A DNA stretch of 57,639 nucleotides from an uncultured virus (IMG/VR IMGVR_UViG_3300024999_000051) (taxonomy: Duplodnaviria; Heunggongvirae; Uroviricota; Caudoviricetes). The position numbers and the translations under genes are program-made. The notes under the pieces are model-generated. The model had not been told where the DNA came from. It made no database searches and saw nothing but the letters and a program-made list of their open reading frames with translations. The stretch lies in IMG/VR virus record IMGVR_UViG_3300024999_000051; one strand, given 5' to 3'. Within the stretch, counting starts at the first letter, position 1; each line of letters opens with the position of its first letter. Below are positions 1 to 10,471 of this stretch, one piece after another.

Positions 1-152
1 TTATGATATTTGAAAAATCTTTCAAATTCTTTTAGTTGATATTTCTTAGATCCACCTACAGCCATTTTTTCATCTAGGACAGCACATAATTCTTTGTAGT
101 TTTTGATTATGTTAGATGTTAAGATATATTCTCTAAGTTTAGGTATGTTCAT
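1..152 (-). CDS. Partial phage protein (N-terminus MNIPKLREYILTSNIIKNYKELCAVLDEK...), runs off the left edge
   Basis: Manual translation: ATG at 152-150 with upstream AGAAGGAG RBS on the minus strand; frame open to position 1. Confidence 0.7.
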   Translation of the reverse strand, partial: MNIPKLREYILTSNIIKNYKELCAVLDEKMAVGGSKKYQLKEFERFFKYH

Positions 153-182
153 TTTTGTTTTGCTCCTTCTTATTTTATTTAA

Positions 183-223
183 TAAATTTCTTAAGGGTTT
201 ATATTAAACCCTTAAGAAATTTA
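183..223. repeat. Perfect 19-bp inverted repeat (terminator or operator)
   Basis: TAAATTTCTTAAGGGTTTA-tat-TAAACCCTTAAGAAATTTA between two minus-strand genes. Confidence 0.75.
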
Positions 224-233
224 ATTTGTATAG

Positions 234-752
234 TTACATCATTTCGTTTTCAGTGCAATCATTTAATATTTTAAATATATAATCAGTTTTATTTTTCATC
301 TCATTGTTTATTATCCTTCCTATAATACTTCTATAAATTCCTAGTGCTTCACTAGCTTTATTCATACTATTATATACGGTTTTTTCTTTACTATATTTAT
401 GTACCACTTCTATTTTATGTACATCTTCATGCAATTGGTTCTGTTCGTCTCTTGTAATAAATTTACATGTATCAATTGAATATATTTTTATATCTTTATT
501 TAATAAGTCTTTATCTAAACTATAAATATGATCTTTATCTTCAATCCATCTATTATAGTTTTCTAGTGTCTGTATATCTTTATAGAACGTGTATTCATTC
601 AACCAATCATTAGATACAGTAACACCGGAGCCACCATAGTATTCGTATTTATCCTTTAGAGGGTTATAACATCTATTAAGCATGTTTCTCCATAATGTTT
701 TTACCTTTTGTGGAATGTTTTCCTTTGATGATTTCCCAAATTTACAATACAA
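234..752 (-). CDS. HNH-related homing-endonuclease-like protein with C-terminal NUMOD1-type HTH
   Basis: WRNMLNRCYN..YYGGSGVTVSNDWL motif typical of phage HNH-type nucleases; C-terminal YNSMNKASEALGI. Confidence 0.65.
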   Translation of the reverse strand: MYCKFGKSSKENIPQKVKTLWRNMLNRCYNPLKDKYEYYGGSGVTVSNDWLNEYTFYKDIQTLENYNRWIEDKDHIYSLDKDLLNKDIKIYSIDTCKFITRDEQNQLHEDVHKIEVVHKYSKEKTVYNSMNKASEALGIYRSIIGRIINNEMKNKTDYIFKILNDCTENEMM

Positions 753-922
753 TATTTATCATTACTCCTTTATTATTTTATTTTTATATTAAATGAATGG
801 ATAGAATTAATCACGCTATGTATGGCCGGATCTATAGATAGTAATAGCAAAAATTATAATTATTATAATAGTTCGCTCAACTTCTTTCTTTAATAAATTA
901 TTTTATATTTGCACCACTTATC

Positions 923-951
923 ATTATATCATTTTGGGAAAGGTATGTCAA
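923..951 (-). promoter_or_regulatory. Sigma-A promoter, leftward
   Basis: Minus strand TTGACA-17 nt-TATAAT with extended -10 TG. Confidence 0.8.
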
Positions 952-2695
952 TTATTATTTTATGGTTTGTTTTTGGTGTGATATGCGCCAGGATTGATTG
1001 TAAGAGGGTTTAAGGGATTAGTTGTGGGATGCTGTAGGTGTTTAGATATTAGGTCGTAGTTGTTTTGTGTCAAGTAATTTTACTTTACAGTGTTTATTAT
1101 TATATTATGATATGTTTATAATAGATTATTATAAGTTTAGTATATTCTCATATAATAGTATTAGTATATGATTAATTTATAACTATATTATAAATGCTTA
1201 TGATTATATGTTCATATTAGATTATTACAATATTAGATTATTATCATATAGTAATATTGAATTGTGTCTGAATTGTGAATCCTTTAGATAAGTAAAGTAG
1301 TAAGTGTTCAAGGATTTCTGCAATGTTATGCAAAACGATATTGATACGTATTTGATGCGCATAGTAAGTAATCAACATCAAGGCCCAATAATATCATCAT
1401 TCACCCACATTTTCCCGATCAATTCAATTCGACATTTCATTACCGAGTGCAGCCGGATCAATGCCAGGACATTATCTGTATTCTATCCTCTTCTATCCAT
1501 TATCATTCCCTTTCAATTTCCTCTCTAAATTTGCCCTTCTAAGCTCTCCAAACATCCCGACCGACACATTATAACCCTCAATAATCCTCGAATGTAACAC
1601 ATCCCTCTTTTGTCACATTCAGAAAATAGTAACAATCCGCTTGTATCAAGGGTTTCAGGGTTTGTGTGTTAGGCCGGATTGATTTGTTTCAGTTGGTCAT
1701 AAGTATAGACTATAGACAATTTTCTATGCCATGCTTCACTATGCAATATTCATGCCAATTATCTAGGTATAGGGGCATAGATTACAAATTATGTTTCGAC
1801 ATGGTTCGACATTATGTGCAGAGTACTTCTTGTTCCATCGAAAAGTTGAAAATCGAATTGGAATAAAACTAAAAATTAAAATCATTAAATCTCACCAATC
1901 TCCCTTCGTATTTTCTTCGCAAAAACATAATCAACACAACAATTTCCACTCATATAAATCAATATTCAAAATCACAAAACTCATCAAAAGTTAAATAAAT
2001 TTACAAAATAAATCATAATAATTTCATAAAATCTATCTATTTTTTCTATAATAATAAATAAATCCTTAACATCATACAAACCCTAATTTACAACAATTTC
2101 TGGCACATTCTATTACATAAAATAACACAAATAATTCCACAAAAATCATCTATAAAATCACATCTAATATTCCTCAATTACAAAATTCATTTCAATCCAA
2201 TCGAACAAATTACAAAAACAATAATCACAATAAATGCATCCATAAAAATTAAAATATCCATCTAATAAAACCTCCATAAAATCCTTATACAACAGCACTT
2301 ATATCTATTATACTATATTCCTTCCTAAGACGGGGGTATATTTTACATATTCAGTCGATACAATTATCTCTCATATATGACCATCTAAAAATTGGTGAAA
2401 ATATTTTTAACAATCCATATCAAATTATAATCATATAAAATAAAATAAAACCACATCAAGTCCATTCAATAAAAATTTACCAGAACACTCAATTCCAATA
2501 ATCCTTACATCCTTACTCTAACAACCATTACACCAAATCACACGGACAAAGTGCTATACTAATAATGCACTTCATCCATACAAATCTCTGTAACACTACT
2601 CTAACTATGCTTTCAAGGATTTGAAAAATAATTCCTTTGGTAAATTTTTATTACTATAAAGTTTCTAATAATTTATAAACGCTAAAATAAAATTC

Positions 2696-2724
2696 TTGCA
2701 ATATTATTTATTATATGATATACT
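2696..2724 (+). promoter_or_regulatory. Sigma-A promoter, rightward
   Basis: TTGCAA-17 nt-TATACT with TG extension. Confidence 0.7.
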
Positions 2725-2775
2725 GTTCACAGGTACAAATCTGTACAAAATTATTATCTAGAAAGGAGTAACAAA

Positions 2776-2904
2776 ATGAATAATGAAATACACCACACTA
2801 CAGGTTATATGCTAATAATAATCTTTGCAATAATTATGCTCACAACAATTCCAATTAGTGAATTATTAGCTAGAAAAATAAATGAATATAAAGATAAAAA
2901 TTAA
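2776..2904 (+). CDS. 42-aa single-TM membrane peptide (MNNEIHHTTGYMLIIIFAIIMLTTIPISELLARK...)
   Basis: GAAAGGAG RBS, ATG 2776, hydrophobic stretch; below ORF-track cutoff. Confidence 0.6.
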   Translation: MNNEIHHTTGYMLIIIFAIIMLTTIPISELLARKINEYKDKN

Positions 2905-3223
2905 ACAGAGGAGAGGAATAATAATGAACAATCTTAACCAATTCTCTAACTATAAATCACAACTCAAATCCATACCAAACATTTATCCCATAGTTCAATC
3001 CCTAAACCAAATCCTAAACAATATATTCTGTACATATTCATTTCCAAAAGGTAAAACTAAATGGAGAGAAATCAGTTCAACAATCCCTAATACATTCAGA
3101 CAAAACATATCCCTAGAAATTTATCATGTAGAGTCTGGTCATGGAATTGATCAAGTTAGATTAGCAGTTAAGAGTGAGATGGAAAAGTATATTGAGTATT
3201 TGATTTGTATGGATAATAATTAA
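2882..3223 (+). CDS. Hypothetical protein (true start probably the internal MNNLNQ ATG)
   Basis: ORF track; GAGGAGAGG RBS before the internal ATG. Confidence 0.6.
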   Translation: MNIKIKIKQRRGIIMNNLNQFSNYKSQLKSIPNIYPIVQSLNQILNNIFCTYSFPKGKTKWREISSTIPNTFRQNISLEIYHVESGHGIDQVRLAVKSEMEKYIEYLICMDNN

Positions 3224-3273
3224 TTTGTAATTGCTAATAAATAAATCTTTTAAAAATATATAAATAAAATAGT

Positions 3274-3302
3274 TTGACATGATATTCTACTTATGGTATA
3301 CT
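3274..3302 (+). promoter_or_regulatory. Sigma-A promoter
   Basis: TTGACA-17 nt-TATACT with TG extension. Confidence 0.8.
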
Positions 3303-3388
3303 TATCAAGTAAGAAATAACTATGAAATAAATTCAGAAAGGAGATTCTATTGCAGATACAAATTAATATAATTGGTTTTACATAATAC

Positions 3389-3447
3389 AAATATTAAATT
3401 AAATAATCAAATCCTAAATATTGAGCGTTAGCGAAATATTTAGAAAG
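3389..3447. repeat. ~59-bp element with a near-identical inverted copy at 21544-21603
   Basis: Direct comparison of this segment with the reverse complement of 21544-21603. Confidence 0.85.
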
Positions 3448-3596
3448 GTAATCTTTTGGCACAAAAGTTACCGCACGTTCTCTTCGTTCCTAATGATATA
3501 TCACAAAATAATTTATTTAAATCCAAATAGAATATCCACATAATTTTTCTTAACAGTAGATACCCTGAAACCCTTATATAGCAACACTTTTTAAGT

Positions 3597-3661
3597 TTTT
3601 ATATATCTAAAAGTTTCCCTATTATATATATTAATATAGGGAAACTTTTAGATATATAAAA
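3597..3661. repeat. Perfect 26-bp-arm palindrome with AT-only loop
   Basis: TTTTATATATCTAAAAGTTTCCCTAT-13 nt-ATAGGGAAACTTTTAGATATATAAAA. Confidence 0.85.
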
Positions 3662-3719
3662 TAACATGTAATGCTTACTACAAAAGGATTTTAGATAAAA
3701 AATTAAGGAGATTTATTTA

Positions 3720-4834
3720 ATGAGTAATCAAACTGAAAAACCTAAAATCAAAATTGGTATTATTGAAACATGTCAATTAGTTGAAATATTTGGCACACAA
3801 AAGAATAAAGAATATTATTCTACAAAACATATGCTTTCTCCTTCTAGTAAAAAATCTATATTAGAAAAAGCTTCTCGTTACTGCAAAATAACCGATCTTA
3901 GCAATGGTAAATTTCAAATATCAAAAGTATATACTACACCTAAACCTGCAACACTTAAGAAACTTCAATCAGGAATATATCAACATATGACTCCTCTAAT
4001 ATTACTTAAGATTTTAAATGGTCATGATGAAAATAATAAAGTAATATTTCCTCTCTTAGATTGGGCATTGCATATAGATATGATAAATCAAAATTATAAA
4101 CCAATGAAGTATAATCAATTTAATACCAGTGAATATTTAGATATTGATATACCCATAGTAAATGAATTCTTTGAAAAAGTTGATGAGAATATTAGATATT
4201 ACATAGAAAACTGTCTGGAATATCTTCGCAAAGCTGATGTATTAGTTTGGTATAAGGTTCCAATGCTTAGAAAAAGAGTTGTAGAAAGATTAGATTCTAA
4301 TAATAAAGATATAAATATTAAATGCTCATACATAGATGTTAGGGCTACAGATGAAGAAATTAAGTTTATTATTGATTCTTCAGAACTAATACGTTCTTTG
4401 TTTGGTATAAAAATAAGTCTGAATGTTTTTATGGAAGAAAAGCTGGAAATTATAGAAAAGAACTTCAAAATATACTAATCCAAAAAGATATTCTTTATTC
4501 GTATGATAGTTATGAAGTTTATTATACTAATACACAAAGATGCAAAAAGTTATTAAAAGAATTTATTTTTACTACTCAAGATGAATTGGTTAAAAACTTT
4601 AATAAATTCTTTATTGAAAACATTGTATTAACAAATGCAGAGAAAAGACAATTTAATGAGGTGGTGAAACAATATCGTTTAGATGAAAATTATATAACTG
4701 ACTTTAAAATATTATCAGAATTAACTTTAGACATTACACAAGAATCTGTTTACAAAGAGGTATCCACAGACAACTCAGAGGAAAAAGAACAAAGACGTAA
4801 AGATGATTTTAATATCAAAATAATACATAAATAA
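3720..4834 (+). CDS. Hypothetical (possibly replication-related) protein; ORFs 3720-4478 and 4586-4834 joined by a -1 frameshift near A5 at 4409-4413
   Basis: Second frame is open from ~4376 into ORF 4586 (KNKSECFYGRKAGNYRKELQ...); AAGGAG RBS at the start. Confidence 0.6.
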
Positions 4835-4849
4835 TTTATTAGAGAAGGA

Positions 4850-6667
4850 ATGATATATTTGGAATTTAATAAAAATCAGTTAAAAGCAATTAATCATTAT
4901 AAAGGAAATTGTTGTACATTAGCTTCTGCCGGAAGCGGAAAGACCACAGTTCTAGTCAATAGAATAGTAAATCTTATTAAAAACCATAAAGTTAATCCGA
5001 GTAAAATTCTTGCTATTACTTTTAGTAAAAAGGCTGCCAATAATATGATTGAAAGATTAAATAAACTCATTCCAAATAATAGAGTTAATATCTATACTTT
5101 TCATGCTTTAGGTTTTAGTATTTTAAAAGAAAAAGGATATTATAATGAACTCTTTAAAGATTGGGAGAAATTAAAACTAATTAATGACATATGTATAAAA
5201 ATGCTAAAACTAGAATCTGATGAATTAGATGTTCCTACAAGAGATATTATTAGCTTTATAGCATATCAAAAGAATAATCTTATAAGGCCAACTGATACAT
5301 ATATAGAAAATACGATTAGTCCCTATGATGAAAAAACTATGAGAAAAATATATACACTATATGAGAAGCAAAAAACAAAAATAGATTTTGAAGATATGTT
5401 AATAAATTCTTATGATGTTCTTAAAGAAGGTAAATATAATGTACCATATGAATTTATCTTAGGGGATGAATTTCAGGACACTAATAAGGTTCAATATGAA
5501 ATGCTTAAATTACTAAACATTCATGATAATCTTTTTGTAGTAGGAGATGCTTTGCAAAATATTTTCGAATGGCGTGGATCTAATAATAATTATATAGTCA
5601 ATTTTTATAGGGATTGGTCGAATGCTACAATAATCAATTTAAATACTAATTATCGAAGTTCAGATAATATAGTTAAATTTTCAAATAGTCTGGTTAAAAA
5701 TACAATTGAAACAACGCATAAATATTATATAGAGTCTAAAGCATATAATGAAGAATATAAAAATCCAATTATAACTGAATATTCAAATGAATTTGAAGAA
5801 TCTATGGAGGTCTGTAAACAAATAAATCAATTGATTTCAGATAAACAATATAAATATGGAGATATTGCAATATTAACCAGAACAAATTTTCAAATGCAAT
5901 CTATTGAAAGATCATTATACAATAGTAAAATTCCTTATGATATTGTTGATGGGAATAAGTTTTATGAATTAAAAGAAATTAGAGATATGATTAATTATCT
6001 AAGATTAATTAGTGACACATCTAATGATGAAGCATTTCTAAAAATATTTAATGTTCCTAATAGGTATTTGGGTGAAAAATTTATTAGAGAAGTTGAAAAG
6101 TATGCTAAAAAACATAAAACATCTTTATTCAATAGTATGCAAAAATTTCCACAAAGTACAGATTGGCATTTTAAGAAGGGTATTAATCAATTACGTGACA
6201 TAATATGTGCAGTTCAAGATTTGCAAAACCATTATACTGTTGGTGGTTGCATTCAAGTTATTAGAGATAAGTTAAAATATGATAAATATATATCTAAAGA
6301 CAACAGTGACAATAATGATCAAAATGAAAAGATAGAAAATCTTGATGCTTTTGTAAATAGTGCTAATAAATACAATAAGATAATTGATTTTCTAAATGAT
6401 ATTGATAGTATTATTAATTCTAAAGAAGAAAGTAATGATAAGGTATTAATGATGACCATACATAAATCCAAAGGATTAGAATTTCCAGTCGTTTTTGTAG
6501 TAGGAGTTAGTAATGGATTGTTACCACATGCCAAATCCAATAATATTAATGAAGAAAAACGCTTATTATATGTTGCATTGACAAGATCAGAGAAAGAGTT
6601 GTTTATCTCTTCACCAAAATATTATAATAATAAATATTTAGGCACAAGTGACTTTTTAAATTATTAA
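4850..6667 (+). CDS. UvrD/PcrA-family SF1 DNA helicase
   Basis: ASAGSGKT, DEFQD, VGDALQNIFEWRG, NYRS, MTIHKSKGLEF, YVALTR motifs. Confidence 0.95.
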   Translation: MIYLEFNKNQLKAINHYKGNCCTLASAGSGKTTVLVNRIVNLIKNHKVNPSKILAITFSKKAANNMIERLNKLIPNNRVNIYTFHALGFSILKEKGYYNELFKDWEKLKLINDICIKMLKLESDELDVPTRDIISFIAYQKNNLIRPTDTYIENTISPYDEKTMRKIYTLYEKQKTKIDFEDMLINSYDVLKEGKYNVPYEFILGDEFQDTNKVQYEMLKLLNIHDNLFVVGDALQNIFEWRGSNNNYIVNFYRDWSNATIINLNTNYRSSDNIVKFSNSLVKNTIETTHKYYIESKAYNEEYKNPIITEYSNEFEESMEVCKQINQLISDKQYKYGDIAILTRTNFQMQSIERSLYNSKIPYDIVDGNKFYELKEIRDMINYLRLISDTSNDEAFLKIFNVPNRYLGEKFIREVEKYAKKHKTSLFNSMQKFPQSTDWHFKKGINQLRDIICAVQDLQNHYTVGGCIQVIRDKLKYDKYISKDNSDNNDQNEKIENLDAFVNSANKYNKIIDFLNDIDSIINSKEESNDKVLMMTIHKSKGLEFPVVFVVGVSNGLLPHAKSNNINEEKRLLYVALTRSEKELFISSPKYYNNKYLGTSDFLNY

Positions 6668-6701
6668 ATAATTAAAACACATAAGAAAGAAGGAATATAT
6701 A

Positions 6702-7235
6702 ATGAATAATGTTAATGATTTAATGCCTATGGAGTTTAACTTGGAGCAACTACTTTATGATTACAATTTGCCAGCGGAACATGAAAAGTTTCAAGAGTTA
6801 ATAAAATCCTTTATCAAAGATGTTAATTTAATAGTTGCTGATGTTGTCTATGGAATAAATATTGAAGATTTGAAATCAGATAAAGTTAAAGCAATATTAT
6901 TAAAAGGCAAAGGTCAGAAAGAGGAAATAATTGAATTATCATCAGAACATACTTTTAAAAGTATCTATGAATACTTTGGTGTAAATGGATTTGATGATAT
7001 AGATTATTATACATTTGGTCAAGGATATACTGCTGTTTGGAAGAATGAACAAAATGATATTACTTGTATGGAAATTACTGTTTATGCAGGTGCTTCATTT
7101 CCTATATTTATTAATAGTCAAGTAATTATCATTTATGAAAACGAGGAAGAAAAATCAGATAATGTAAATGTTAATGAAGTTAAAAAATATTTCAATACAG
7201 ATGGTTCTTTCTGGGCATTAATGAAATCTTATTGA
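6702..7235 (+). CDS. Hypothetical protein
   Basis: ORF with AAGGA RBS, co-oriented with neighbours. Confidence 0.7.
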   Translation: MNNVNDLMPMEFNLEQLLYDYNLPAEHEKFQELIKSFIKDVNLIVADVVYGINIEDLKSDKVKAILLKGKGQKEEIIELSSEHTFKSIYEYFGVNGFDDIDYYTFGQGYTAVWKNEQNDITCMEITVYAGASFPIFINSQVIIIYENEEEKSDNVNVNEVKKYFNTDGSFWALMKSY

Positions 7236-7262
7236 TGTTGTAAATCAATATATAATATCTTA

Positions 7263-7291
7263 TTGACACAGCATATATAGTATGTTATACT
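7263..7291 (+). promoter_or_regulatory. Sigma-A promoter followed by hairpin leader (ATAGGTAAGGG/CCCTTACCTAT)
   Basis: TTGACA-17 nt-TATACT with TG extension. Confidence 0.8.
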
Positions 7292-7377
7292 ACATAGGTA
7301 AGGGGCGGTACAAATACAAGCCTCAGTCACAATATCCCTTACCTATACCCTATTATACAAAAGAGGTGAAATAATAA

Positions 7378-7560
7378 ATGGACAATGATTGGTTATCACC
7401 ATTTGTAAATAAGTTAATTATTAAAAATCAACCCTTACCAGATGAATTTAACTGTCCCAAATGCAATTTTAAGCCACGCTATTTACATGGTGGAGAAGAA
7501 AATTATGAAGTACAATGCCCACAGTGTAATCATGAATACGAAGTTGAATTTGATGTATAA
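7378..7560 (+). CDS. Small zinc-ribbon protein
   Basis: CPKC...CPQC; GAGGTG RBS. Confidence 0.7.
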   Translation: MDNDWLSPFVNKLIIKNQPLPDEFNCPKCNFKPRYLHGGEENYEVQCPQCNHEYEVEFDV

Positions 7561-7574
7561 GGAGGTAAACAACA

Positions 7575-7858
7575 ATGAAACTAGAACATATAAATATCAT
7601 CGACTCTATCCAATTCGCAGTAGATAAAATATGCAAACAGGTATATGGTCACGACATAGATTCTCCTCCTAAATTTATAGTTAGTCAATATGATAAAAAT
7701 TAGATAAAGAAGGATATAGTATAGGACATGAAATTATTATGACTGTAGAACATATGAAATGGAAACGCTCTGTAACTATATTCCCTAGATTAGATTATAA
7801 ATATGGTTATGAGTCTTTGAAAGATGAGATGAAAGGTTTGTATAATTCTACAATGTGA
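7575..7858 (+). CDS. Hypothetical ~94-aa protein broken by a frameshift at A5 7695-7699
   Basis: AAGGAGGT RBS; MKLEHINIIDSIQF...QYDK continues in the -1 frame as KLDKEGYSIGHE...NSTM*. Confidence 0.55.
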
Positions 7859-7874
7859 AGGAGGTAAATAATAA

Positions 7875-8081
7875 ATGGAATACATAATCATAGATAATCT
7901 AGTAAAAGTAACAATAGGACTATCCCTAATAACCACCAGTGGAGTCCTAATAATCGCTTTATTAAAAGTATGGGAGAAAGTATTTGATTTAGGTTTACAA
8001 ATGTTTAATATGAAAAAGGAGTTTATTGACTTTGTTAATAAAAAGTATAGGGCAAAATATGTTAAAACAAAGATGGAGTAA
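7875..8081 (+). CDS. Small membrane protein
   Basis: AAGGAGGT RBS; N-terminal hydrophobic helix. Confidence 0.65.
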   Translation: MEYIIIDNLVKVTIGLSLITTSGVLIIALLKVWEKVFDLGLQMFNMKKEFIDFVNKKYRAKYVKTKME

Positions 8082-8110
8082 AAGAATGTTGAAGTAATAA
8101 ATAATATTAT

Positions 8111-8139
8111 TTGCATTGTTGTGGGAAGTGTGATATAAT
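8111..8139 (+). promoter_or_regulatory. Sigma-A promoter
   Basis: TTGCAT-17 nt-TATAAT with TG extension. Confidence 0.7.
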
Positions 8140-8165
8140 ATATAAACAGAGAGGAGGTTGAAATA

Positions 8166-8339
8166 ATGAATATAGGTTTTCATATTGAGTGTAAAAATTG
8201 TCACAGCAATTATACTTCAATTGAACATACTGAAAAATTTAATATGTGGTATGATGATAGTTACACAGAACATTGGGTTCATTTAGTTTGTGAAGAATGT
8301 GATAATAAGAAGTTAATGTGTAGTTACAATACATATTGA
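8166..8339 (+). CDS. 57-aa zinc-ribbon protein (MNIGFHIECKNC...VCEEC...)
   Basis: GAGGAGGT RBS, two CxxC pairs; below ORF-track cutoff. Confidence 0.7.
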   Translation: MNIGFHIECKNCHSNYTSIEHTEKFNMWYDDSYTEHWVHLVCEECDNKKLMCSYNTY

Positions 8340-8788
8340 ATTTTATAAATATTAAAATAATATTAAAGATAAAGAGTGGTGAAAAAGAAATTCTTAAATA
8401 CATAGGACAATACTATATTTTCCATGAAACCAATACAGATGGTAAAAAGTCAAAAAATAAGGATGATAATTATCTTAAATCTAAAAATAATCAAATATAT
8501 CGGTACTCAGACAAAACTTTAGCAATCCTTCTTCCATCTGGTTCATCATCAGTAAATAATCTACTTCCAAAATTTGAAGCAGAAGGAATAAAAGTATGGA
8601 ATATAATAAGTCCAGATGTGTGCGAAGAGGCAATATTAGGTTTCGCAGAGGAAGATATACATAAAGTACATAATATCATGAAATTCATGAAAATGGGTAG
8701 TAAGGATCAACTAAAAGAACACAATGAGCGAATAAGGAGAAAAGCAGAAAGAGATAAGGAAAAATTAGAACTCAAAGAAGGAATATAA
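8336..8788 (+). CDS. Hypothetical protein (start uncertain)
   Basis: ORF track. Confidence 0.65.
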   Translation: MNFINIKIILKIKSGEKEILKYIGQYYIFHETNTDGKKSKNKDDNYLKSKNNQIYRYSDKTLAILLPSGSSSVNNLLPKFEAEGIKVWNIISPDVCEEAILGFAEEDIHKVHNIMKFMKMGSKDQLKEHNERIRRKAERDKEKLELKEGI

Positions 8789-9019
8789 TATATAAATAAA
8801 TATTATTTGTATAAAGCGTAATATAGAAAATGTGAAATTATAGACCCTATAAGGCGTTTAATTATCCGACCTATACAATTACCCTAATAATAAGTATAAG
8901 TAGCTTAGAGCATATTTACAAACTCTACAAGTCGCTTGTAGCAAGGGTTTGATTCCGAAATTTTTTCTATAAACGGTCAGGTATAAAAGTAAAATAAACA
9001 AAAGAAAGAGGTAATTAAA

Positions 9020-9469
9020 ATGCAACAAATATTACTCAATGGAAAAATGTATTTAGATGAGAATGATCAATCCAGAATGAATTATATTATCCAAAATACT
9101 GAATCATTTAAACAAACATCCATAACAGACATTCTAGATACAATACATAATTCAAAAAATGCAATCAAGAAACTAATTAGAGTAGTTGGTAAGGTGTATA
9201 GCAATGGTAACATTAACAATAATGATAATAATAATCAAGTTATTGAATCATTTCATTGTTTTGAAGGATTATATATTAAAGAAGAAACAAAATATGTAGA
9301 GTCATATTATGTAGGTAATTATCCATTAGAACAAAAATTATATGAATGGGCAGAGAATAATGCTAATTTAGAGATACTGATAGAGGATTATACAAATTCT
9401 ATTGGTGAATTTATTAATAATAGTGGTACTACGGAGGATATTTATCATGATACAGCAAGAGCGATGTAA
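9020..9469 (+). CDS. Hypothetical protein
   Basis: GAGGT RBS. Confidence 0.7.
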   Translation: MQQILLNGKMYLDENDQSRMNYIIQNTESFKQTSITDILDTIHNSKNAIKKLIRVVGKVYSNGNINNNDNNNQVIESFHCFEGLYIKEETKYVESYYVGNYPLEQKLYEWAENNANLEILIEDYTNSIGEFINNSGTTEDIYHDTARAM

Positions 9470-9653
9470 AGAGAAGGAGGATAGTAATGATTTAGATCAA
9501 TATATTTCAGAAAATTGTGGAATTTGCGGAGAAGGATTAATTAGATTGGAAGATATATGGACAGATTTAGATTCAGGCAATTATTGTTGCGAAGATTGTG
9601 CTAAATATCATAAATTAAACACTGTAAAATGTAAGGAGATGGAAATAAATTAA
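9402..9653 (+). CDS. Small Cys-rich protein; likely true start ATG 9487 with one T missing
   Basis: CGICGE...YCCEDC; the AAGGAGG RBS points to ATG 9487, which is one base out of frame. Confidence 0.5.
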   Translation: MVNLLIIVVLRRIFIMIQQERCKEKEDSNDLDQYISENCGICGEGLIRLEDIWTDLDSGNYCCEDCAKYHKLNTVKCKEMEIN

Positions 9654-9702
9654 ACTTATAGAAAAAGCATTAGAGATAGAAAATTATAATAGAAATCTTG
9701 AT

Positions 9703-9915
9703 ATGATTATTTCTGGTTCGTGTCCAAAAGAATATGGTATATCTAATGGTAATTTAATTTCTTGTAAAGAAAATTCAAGTTGTGAAGAAGGTTGGCATAG
9801 AGAGTGGACTACTACATTAACTGAAGAAGAATATTATAATTATCTCAAAGAAATCAGCCCATTGTCAAATGAAGATTTTGATAAGTTTTACTATAAAAAT
9901 AATATAATAGTTTAA
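9703..9915 (+). CDS. Hypothetical protein
   Basis: ORF track; frame extends upstream to an ATT near an AAGGAG RBS. Confidence 0.5.
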   Translation: MIISGSCPKEYGISNGNLISCKENSSCEEGWHREWTTTLTEEEYYNYLKEISPLSNEDFDKFYYKNNIIV

Positions 9916-9952
9916 AAGGTGAGTTTTAACGTGTTTTAGAAAACCAACCAAC

Positions 9953-10471
9953 GTGACTAAATACTGTTTTGATGCGTTGGTTGGAAATAGAAAAAGGAGG
10001 AATAAAATGCTTTTATGTTTGAATTGTTACAAAGTTTATAATCAGAAAACAATAAAGAATAATATGTGCAAAGTTAAAGAGTGCTATGGAGATGTAGTAG
10101 AAGTTGATGAATTATTTGTACCAGTAATTGCTGAGTTAAATAGGAAGGGATATAGGACTAGATATTGCTGTAGCGGGCATTACGCAGATGAATATTCAAG
10201 TAGTTACATATTTTTTGCAGAAGATTATGTGTTTCCAAGTTTACCAAAAAGTTATATGTATGATCAAGATTTAAATCCTTGGGCATATTTGAATACAAAT
10301 GGACAGCAGAGTAAAAGTAAAAGAAATACTATTCGGTGTGATTTTTATGGTAACAAAAATAAAAGTTTTAATGAATTGAGTAAAGATATTTTTAATAATG
10401 CTATTAATGTGTTGGAGTGGGCAGAAGGGTTAGAAGAGTTTAATATGAAAGATGGAGGAATAAGTAATTGA
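9953..10471 (+). CDS. Cys-rich hypothetical protein (likely start MLLCLNC)
   Basis: AAGGAGG RBS before internal ATG; LNRKGYRTRYCCSGH motif. Confidence 0.7.
   Translation: MTKYCFDALVGNRKRRNKMLLCLNCYKVYNQKTIKNNMCKVKECYGDVVEVDELFVPVIAELNRKGYRTRYCCSGHYADEYSSSYIFFAEDYVFPSLPKSYMYDQDLNPWAYLNTNGQQSKSKRNTIRCDFYGNKNKSFNELSKDIFNNAINVLEWAEGLEEFNMKDGGISN

Noticed and set aside
1304..1994. ORFs 1304-1528, 1666-1866 and 1791-1994
   Set aside because: No clear RBS, atypical composition, inside the skewed non-coding gap
4409..4413. Programmed ribosomal frameshift
   Set aside because: No canonical slippery heptamer or stimulatory structure seen; the same defect at other homopolymers points to sequencing error
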